Shown one piece after another: positions 30,027 through 36,947 of a stretch of DNA of 36,947 bases. The notes below the pieces were generated by a model. That model was not told the DNA's origin. It was given only the letters and a program-made list of their open reading frames with translations, and did no database searches. The position numbers and the translations under genes were made by a program. The stretch spans positions 1-36,947 of the forward strand of contig CAJQOE010000061.1 of assembly GCA_905479885.1 (NCBI GenBank). Reading direction: 5' to 3'. This stretch comes from an uncultured Rickettsiaceae bacterium (GTDB lineage Bacteria; Pseudomonadota; Alphaproteobacteria; Rickettsiales; Rickettsiaceae). Numbering within the stretch: position 1 is the first letter of the stretch; every line of letters begins with the position of its first letter.

Positions 30027-31316
30027 ATGCTGTATATTTCAATAATTATAGCGGTAGTTCTAGCATTTATTTTTGCTTATGTAGTTTATCAAAACATTAA
30101 CTTAAGGGTGCAGCTACGCTTTTTAGACGAGGCTGTTTCTTCTAGTCAGTCGGCGCTCGAGATACTAGAAAAATCTAAGATTGAATATATACAAAAAATT
30201 GAACAACTATCTGGTCAATTGAAATATCAGGAGCAATTCATTGCGGAGTTTGAAAAGCTTCGAGATGAATCAAAGCAATCAACTAAAGCGGCTTTGTTCG
30301 ATTTGGGTAATGAGCTATCAAAGCAGTTGATTGATATACACAAGAAAGAAAACAGGGAAAGCAGAGAAGCTTCTGAAAAAAATATACAAGAAACATCCAC
30401 TAAATTTAATTCTGAATTTGAACGAATTGTAAATATGGTTGGTGCTCTGAGCAAAGAAGTATCTCAATCTAAGGATATAGTCGATGTAATAAAAAACTCC
30501 TTACTCTCACCATCAGGTGCGGGTAACTTGGCGGAAATTACCTTAGAGAATATCCTGAAATCATCAGGGCTACGTAGTAATATTGATTTTGTTATGCAGT
30601 ATAGTCTCGCTACCGAGGATAAAGCGGTTTTGCGCCCGGATGCTGTAGTATTCTTGCCAAGTGATAAATTGATGGTAATAGATGCTAAAGCTTCCAAGTT
30701 TTTAGTAGAGGATCAAGGGGACTTAAAAAATCTTGCAAGAACTATGAACACACATCTGCGTTCTTTAAGTGGAAAAAATTATGCTGAGATGGTGAAAAAA
30801 AGCCTGGCAAACAAAGAAAGTAATGTAGGCAATATAATTACTTTGATGTTTGTGCCGTCTGAACATGCTATTGAAAAAATCATTGAAGCAGATAGTGATT
30901 TTATGAACAAAGCGTGGATGGCTAATATCTTCCCGGTAGGGCCTGCTGGTTTGATGAATATGCTGTCATTTGCTAAGTTTCAAATTTCCGAACAATTGAT
31001 GATGTATAATCATCAGCAAATCATTGAAGAAGTAAAAAAGCTTATCTCTTCAGTTGGAAATATTACAGAACACTCTATGCGTCTAGGTAGTAGTCTTTCT
31101 AGCACTATGAATCATTATGATAAATTTGCTGCCTCGTTTAATCGAAATTTCTTATCCAAAGCACGCAACATTAGCAAAATGGGGATAGAGGGTAGTAATT
31201 CAAAGAAAACTCAAGAATCCTTGCAGCGTTTTCAAGTGATCGCTCTAAAATCAGAACTTATAGATATAGAGCCCCAAAGTGAAATAAGTGAAATTAAAAA
31301 TCTGGAAAAGTTATAG
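30027..31316 (+). CDS. rmuC: DNA recombination protein RmuC
   Basis: N-terminal TM plus coiled coil; GNLAEITLENIL, LRPDAVVFLP..LMVIDAK, MFVPSE. Start is GTG 30024 or ATG 30027. Confidence 0.88.
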   Translation: MLYISIIIAVVLAFIFAYVVYQNINLRVQLRFLDEAVSSSQSALEILEKSKIEYIQKIEQLSGQLKYQEQFIAEFEKLRDESKQSTKAALFDLGNELSKQLIDIHKKENRESREASEKNIQETSTKFNSEFERIVNMVGALSKEVSQSKDIVDVIKNSLLSPSGAGNLAEITLENILKSSGLRSNIDFVMQYSLATEDKAVLRPDAVVFLPSDKLMVIDAKASKFLVEDQGDLKNLARTMNTHLRSLSGKNYAEMVKKSLANKESNVGNIITLMFVPSEHAIEKIIEADSDFMNKAWMANIFPVGPAGLMNMLSFAKFQISEQLMMYNHQQIIEEVKKLISSVGNITEHSMRLGSSLSSTMNHYDKFAASFNRNFLSKARNISKMGIEGSNSKKTQESLQRFQVIALKSELIDIEPQSEISEIKNLEKL

Positions 31317-31519
31317 CTAAATATTGGCTTAGGTCTAAATAGTAAGGTTTATGGTTTTTGTGCACTAAGTAAGGGTTCAAAGCGTTAATTATTTACTCTC
31401 CAAAATACATCTAAACAAATATCTCAACGATATTAAATAATTGATGAACCTCGTTGCAAGGGCCATCAAAAGCTCCTTGACTCAAGTTGTAAGACGGATT
31501 ATTTTAGGAGTATATACGT

Positions 31520-31636
31520 AAAAAGCATGCAAAATATACCCAGGCTGGAATGGCGATGCAAGCATAAATTGATCAAATGCGTAGCTGCGTTGAGTTTAAT
31601 TTATTATACGATCGTGGGGTAATATTCAGCATTTTT
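31520..31636. repeat. Long imperfect palindrome centred on AGCT (31583-31586)
   Basis: Left arm AAAAAGCATGCAAAATATACCC..CGAT..ATAAATTGATCAAATGCGTAG aligns with gaps to the reverse complement of the right arm AAAAATGCTGAATATTACCCCACGATCGTATAATAAATTAAACTCAACGCAG. Confidence 0.5.
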
Positions 31637-31684
31637 ACAGGTAGCAAACGTCTCTCCTGCAAGAAGCACAATATGGCATAAAAA

Positions 31685-31921
31685 ATGATAAAACTTGGAT
31701 TATACCAACATTACAAAGGTCTAAAATACGAATTAATTGGTATATGTAGACATTCAGAAACCCTAGAAGAGTTAGCCGTATATCGCGCGCTATACGGCGA
31801 CTATAGGATGTGGGTAAGACCAATTGAAATGTTTAAGAGCGTAGTAGAAATAGACGGAATAACTCAGCAAAGATTTAAATTCATAGAACCATTGCTGAGC
31901 ATAGCACCTAAAATACGTTAA
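31685..31921 (+). CDS. DUF1653 family protein
   Basis: GLYQHYKG..Y...HSETLEELAVYRALYG..MWVRP.EMF...RF. Confidence 0.9.
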   Translation: MIKLGLYQHYKGLKYELIGICRHSETLEELAVYRALYGDYRMWVRPIEMFKSVVEIDGITQQRFKFIEPLLSIAPKIR

Positions 31922-31939
31922 TTATTAGAGCGTCACTAA

Positions 31940-32215
31940 TTACTGAACTTCTATAAATGGTTGTTCACTAATCCCTATTAGTGTGGCGCTTTCATCAGAA
32001 TCATGGTCGTCATAAAACGGCTTAAGATCGATTGGCTTGCAGCCACCATCATATATCAAATCCCAAACGATAGGATGTAAAGTATTGTTTTGAAAAATTT
32101 CGCCGCTTATATTAATAGCCCCGCCTGGAGTAATCGTTGCTTTTGTTAAATTAGCTAAGTTAGCATTAGGAGATAATGTTATAGTAGCCCCTGAATTAAT
32201 TATAATTGTGCTCAT
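31940..32215 (-). CDS. Hypothetical protein, 91 aa
   Basis: ATG with GAGG (32221-32224) upstream and a candidate TTGACA-17-TATCTA promoter (32318-32290); no recognised domain. Confidence 0.6.
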   Translation of the reverse strand: MSTIIINSGATITLSPNANLANLTKATITPGGAINISGEIFQNNTLHPIVWDLIYDGGCKPIDLKPFYDDHDSDESATLIGISEQPFIEVQ

Positions 32216-32543
32216 AAAAACCTCATATGTTTTACGTTGTTGAAATACAGTGCCATTAGTTAATTAAAATTAATAAATAGCGCCTCTAATAGATAACAAA
32301 AAGTAAGCATATTGTCAACCTAATAATTTATTGTTTAACTGAATAGGTGGTAAGCTAGGATGATTCTGCTGTTTTTAGCTATAGCAAATTAAGTTGAACG
32401 TAAAGCAGAAGAGGTATGGGGCAATCAATCTGTATTTTGTTTTGGCATAATACTAAGGATAAACTTGCTCTACCATGGTTGTAAGCTCAAAACGAATTTC
32501 TCTAGTGCCAACCTTTTTCTTAAACTAGGTTTATAAAAAAGGA

Positions 32544-33898
32544 TTAATCGGCCACAACTTTGTTTCTACCGCTTTCTTTGGCTTCATACATTGCTCTGTC
32601 TGCTCTGGTGATAAAATCCTCTACGGATTCTCCTGGCTCTAATTCAGCAATGCCTATTGAAGCCGTCTTTTTTAAGGGGTCACTTTGTCCTGGAATAATA
32701 AAATCTGCTGATTCAATGGCTATTCTTGTTTTTTCTGCTATATTAGCGCAGGCTGCAAGGTCAACATTACCAAGTAATACTACAAATTCTTCGCCACCAT
32801 AGCGTGCAATAAGGTCAGTTACCCTAAATAAAGATTTTAAAGTGTTGGCTAATGTTCTTAATACTGCGTCGCCAGCTGGGTGACCATAATTATCATTTAC
32901 TTCTTTGAAATGATCCATATCTAGAATCATCATGCACATTGCTTTGCCAGATGTTTGGGCATTTTCTGACATTTGCTTGATATGTATATCAAAATAGCGT
33001 CGATTAAATAATCCAGTTAAACCATCTTTTGTAGATAAATCTACGCTTTCTTCTAGTTCAGTGCGCAGATTATCTTGATAATATTTTCTGCGTAATTGAG
33101 TTTTAATACGTGCTTGTAGTTCACTTTTATCTACGGGGTAAATAAAATAATCATTTATCCCAAGTTCCATGCCTTTAATAACCATAGCGATATTCTCTTC
33201 TTCGGCTAGAAGCATTAACACAGCATTTTTAAAAACTGGTTTTGAGCGCAACATTACCCCAATGCGTAAAGGGTCAACTACATCTATTTGACAACTAATG
33301 ATAACAACATCTGGTATGAATGAGCCGAGGCTGTCGATCTCGTCGGGTGATGCTAATACTTGTACTTGTTCGCTTAGTGTACTAAGGCTAGCTTTGATAT
33401 TTTTGGCTTGAATGACGTCATCATCAATTAGTAAAATTTTACTATCAGCAAAATTTTGTTTTGGAACCAGTACTTTTCAACCCAATTCAGAGACTGTGTT
33501 GTTTCTTAGTTTGAGTTCATCAATTACCGTTTCATGCGGGTCAAAGACTTAACTCTGGCAAATAATGCAGTATCATTTATTGGTTTTGTTAGGAATTCAT
33601 CGGCTCCGGCTTCTAAACCCTTTACTCTATCTTCTATATCAGAAAGGGCTGTAACCATGACTACAGGTATGTGCGTAGTGTCTGGATTGGATTTTATATG
33701 TGTGCATGTCTCAAACCCATCCATTTCTGGCATCATGACATCTAGTAATACTATATCAATTTTATTTTCTTTTAACGCGCTTAGAGCTTTAACGCCATTG
33801 GTTGCCGTAACAACGGTATAATATTCACTGAGTAATTTTGCTTCTAGTAGTTTTACATTGGCGTCTAAATCATCTACTACTAATACTGTTGCCGTCAT
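32544..33898 (-). pseudogene. pleD: PleD REC-REC-GGDEF diguanylate cyclase, disrupted
   Basis: MTATVLVVDD..NVKLLEAKL..EYY, LLDVMMP, FLTKP. One base is missing at the T-run 33530-33532 and there is an in-frame TGA at 33477-33479. The frame is then open to RVTD..RYGGEEF. Repaired length is about 451 aa. Confidence 0.9.
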
Positions 33899-34281
33899 TG
33901 CTCTATTCTGGAAGTTGGGTTAATAAAAAAATCAATTGCTTGAAAAAACCTTTCAATTGATACTGGTTTTGATAAGTACATATCGCATCCAGATTGAGAA
34001 ATTAAGTCTTCATCTGATTTCATTGCAAAGGCAGTTATTGCAATTATAGGTATATGTTTTGTTGTTTCGTTTGCTTTTAATTCTCGAATAAGGTCTATAC
34101 CAGATATACCGCTATTGAGTTGAATATCCATTAAAATAAGTCTTGGTAATTCTGTGGTAGCAATATCAATAACGCCAACGCCGTCTTTTGATACAATAAT
34201 ATCACATTCTTTGATCATTAATAAATCATAGAATAATTTTAAGTTTAAATCGTTATCTTCGACGATGAGAACCTTCTTCAT
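33895..34281 (-). CDS. divK: Single-domain response regulator DivK
   Basis: KKVLIVEDNDLNLKLF.DLL, LILMDIQL, IPIIAITAFAMKSDE..I..SGCD.YLSKP; ATGA overlap with pleD as in the divK-pleD operon. Confidence 0.88.
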   Translation of the reverse strand: MKKVLIVEDNDLNLKLFYDLLMIKECDIIVSKDGVGVIDIATTELPRLILMDIQLNSGISGIDLIRELKANETTKHIPIIAITAFAMKSDEDLISQSGCDMYLSKPVSIERFFQAIDFFINPTSRIEQ

Positions 34282-34408
34282 GACATTCTAGTATATATAA
34301 TGTTAGCAAGACATAATGACTTTTCGGCTGACTGCTAGTTAACTTTATAACATAACAATTCTATACGCAAGCTAAGTGCTTCTATAAGGCAATTATTAAT
34401 CATGGTTT

Positions 34409-34912
34409 TTAGTTTGTGTGGTTTGAGAGAGGGTCTGATTTTTCCCAAGCCCCAGAGTTTGCTTGACTAAAAGCGCTTATTGCAAATTTATTTATGTAGC
34501 TTTTTTCTAACAGTTTATTGATTGCATCAAAGTGTAATTTTTGTATATCATCGTATATAAAGAGTATTTTTTGTACAACCTTTGATTTAATTATGCTATT
34601 TTTAGAAAATGATTCAAGTATAGTTTTTTGTGACGGGTTAACAAAAATAATGATCTCTGCTTGATTATATTCGTTTAGATTATGGGTAATAAAAACAGGT
34701 TGTTTTTCTGGTAATGGGTCTAAGCTAGTGGCATGTGGAATAAAATGTTTTTTAGAATAAGTCCACAGAACTCGGTCTAGGTTCTGTGAGTAATCTTCAT
34801 TTTCTGTAAAAACATTTGTTTTTAGATTGCTGTAATAACATTTTTCAGTAAGTTGACAAAAAGTTTTTGCTAGTTGACTTTGTGTGGTTTGATAACAACT
34901 AATTTTTATCAT
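34409..34912 (-). CDS. holC: DNA polymerase III subunit chi
   Basis: QLTEKCY, LDRVLWTYSKKHFIPH, QPVFIT. Confidence 0.85.
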   Translation of the reverse strand: MIKISCYQTTQSQLAKTFCQLTEKCYYSNLKTNVFTENEDYSQNLDRVLWTYSKKHFIPHATSLDPLPEKQPVFITHNLNEYNQAEIIIFVNPSQKTILESFSKNSIIKSKVVQKILFIYDDIQKLHFDAINKLLEKSYINKFAISAFSQANSGAWEKSDPLSNHTN

Positions 34913-34961
34913 TGTGCTCTCGTCTAAGTTTTGTTTAATAATTTAATTATACTGTTCTTTC

Positions 34962-34990
34962 TTGCTTGTTGAGGATTGTGAAAGTATAAT
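34962..34990 (+). promoter_or_regulatory. Putative sigma70 promoter of the GT2 gene
   Basis: TTGCTT-17 nt-TATAAT. Confidence 0.55.
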
Positions 34991-35048
34991 TTTATAATTA
35001 GTTGCTTCGTGTTTTAAAGTAGCATGTCAATAAGGATAAATATATACC

Positions 35049-35912
35049 ATGTTAAGATGTACATACATAGTACTTATTCATAATAATGAAAGCAATATAC
35101 CTAAATTAATTGCCTCTTTGAAGCAAGTTGAGGGGAATATTCGTAAAGAATTTATTTTTGTAGATGACGGTAGTACAGATGATTCATTAAATGTATTAAA
35201 ACTAGCTGTAAATGACTTGCCACGCACGACTATCCTTACTCAGCAAAATCAAGGGCCTTCTATTAGTATAAATAAGGCTTCAAGTTTAGCTACTGGTGAC
35301 TACATACACTTCGTTGAAGGTAATGAAGTGCTGCACCCAGGGTCTACAAAATTGCTCATAGAATCTAGTTTAAAACTAGGTGCTCAAGTAGCTGTGGGGC
35401 GTGTGTCATCTACGATAAAGGTAGACAAAATTAATGTAGCTCCAAAACTAATTGAAACACCGATCAAAGCGATATTGACCAATCAAATTCCATCTATACG
35501 TGAAATAGGTAGGGCTGGGTCGCTTGTACATAGGGAGTTGTTGGATAAAATAGATAAAGCTGATAGTAGTATATATACACAAAACATGTCTCTATCTTTA
35601 CGTTGTGCTAAATATAGTAAATTTGTCTATATTAATGCTGATATTTCTAGCATTTTAGCTCGTAGTGATGATCAAAGTAATAGGTTTGTATCTTATAATA
35701 CTTTAAGGGCGATATATAATTTTGTTAAAGTTAATCCAGAACTTTTTGCGAACCTCACATCTGAACTCTTGTTATCGTTAAGTCGAGAATCTATTCAGCG
35801 CGGCGATAAAATGCACTATTCTATTAAGTCTATAACTAGCAAATACATTAAATCTATTTCATTAGATTCAATTCTCAAAGCTTATAAAAAAGAGTTGGAC
35901 AGATTATTTTAA
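35049..35912 (+). CDS. Glycosyltransferase family 2 fold protein
   Basis: EFIFVDDGSTDDS, QQNQGPS..IN, ATGDYIHF; the DxD motif position reads EGNE. Confidence 0.8.
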   Translation: MLRCTYIVLIHNNESNIPKLIASLKQVEGNIRKEFIFVDDGSTDDSLNVLKLAVNDLPRTTILTQQNQGPSISINKASSLATGDYIHFVEGNEVLHPGSTKLLIESSLKLGAQVAVGRVSSTIKVDKINVAPKLIETPIKAILTNQIPSIREIGRAGSLVHRELLDKIDKADSSIYTQNMSLSLRCAKYSKFVYINADISSILARSDDQSNRFVSYNTLRAIYNFVKVNPELFANLTSELLLSLSRESIQRGDKMHYSIKSITSKYIKSISLDSILKAYKKELDRLF

Positions 35913-35930
35913 GAAAATAACGTAATCACT

Positions 35931-35960
35931 CTTGAAGTAATTTTTTCAAAGCATATATAG
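35931..35960 (+). promoter_or_regulatory. Putative RpoH (sigma32) promoter of groESL
   Basis: CTTG(AA)-N17-CATATATAG resembles the alphaproteobacterial RpoH consensus. Confidence 0.6.
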
Positions 35961-36015
35961 ACAGTACAGATGAGTGAGAACTTAATCTAAAATCAACTAA
36001 ATGAAAGAGGTTACA

Positions 36016-36306
36016 ATGAATTTTAGACCATTGCATGATCGTATTGCAATTCAAGCAATAGCTGCACAAGAAAAAACTACTGGTGGAATAATTATTCCAG
36101 ATAATGCGCAAGAGAAGCCAATGAAAGGCAAAGTGGTGGCCGTTGGTAATGGAGCAAGAGATATTAATGGTAGTATTATTCCGTTAGAAGTTAAAGTCGG
36201 TGATATAGTTATGTATGGCAAATGGGGCGGTACAGAAATAAAAATTGATGGCCAGGAGTTGGTGATCATGAAAGAAAGTGATGTCGTTGGCATTCTGTCT
36301 AATTAA
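36016..36306 (+). CDS. groES: Co-chaperonin GroES
   Basis: [44 protein letters not shown]; GAGG precedes ATG 36016. Confidence 0.97.
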   Translation: MNFRPLHDRIAIQAIAAQEKTTGGIIIPDNAQEKPMKGKVVAVGNGARDINGSIIPLEVKVGDIVMYGKWGGTEIKIDGQELVIMKESDVVGILSN

Positions 36307-36313
36307 ATTTTGA

Positions 36314-36947
<634 letters not shown>

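Noticed and set aside
34281-34409. CtrA box upstream of divK
   Set aside because: Only a TTAAC half-site; no TTAA-N7-TTAA seen by eye.
35912-36016. CIRCE element upstream of groES
   Set aside because: Only a GAGTG fragment; no TTAGCACTC-N9-GAGTGCTAA.

Overview
AT-rich alphaproteobacterial chromosome segment. Gene content and order (yajC-secD without secF, mnmE divergent from a large NAD-GDH, pepA-mipZ, addB without addA) point to Rickettsiales, probably Rickettsiaceae; this is inference, no database search was run. It is mostly housekeeping: uvrD (5'-truncated), MFS transporter, secD, yajC, msbA, a PhoB-like regulator, rpsF-rpsR-rplI, dksA, xerC, mnmE, gdh-rodZ-like-coiled coil-zapA-6S RNA, ABC permease, miaB, PBP1A, msrA, addB, pepA, mipZ, rmuC, divK-pleD, holC, a GT2, groES and groEL (3'-truncated). 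I found no CRISPR array, prophage, defence island or biosynthetic cluster, and no clearly new multi-gene system. The best leads are: a translationally coupled glutamate dehydrogenase/cell-division operon ending in 6S RNA; a pleD broken by two lesions next to an intact divK; a PhoB-like regulator with a non-phosphorylatable receiver; a ribosomal S18 with a complete zinc-ligand motif; a 30-bp duplication that copies a start codon; an exported MsrA; and decayed IS630 and palindromic remnants in the spacers.
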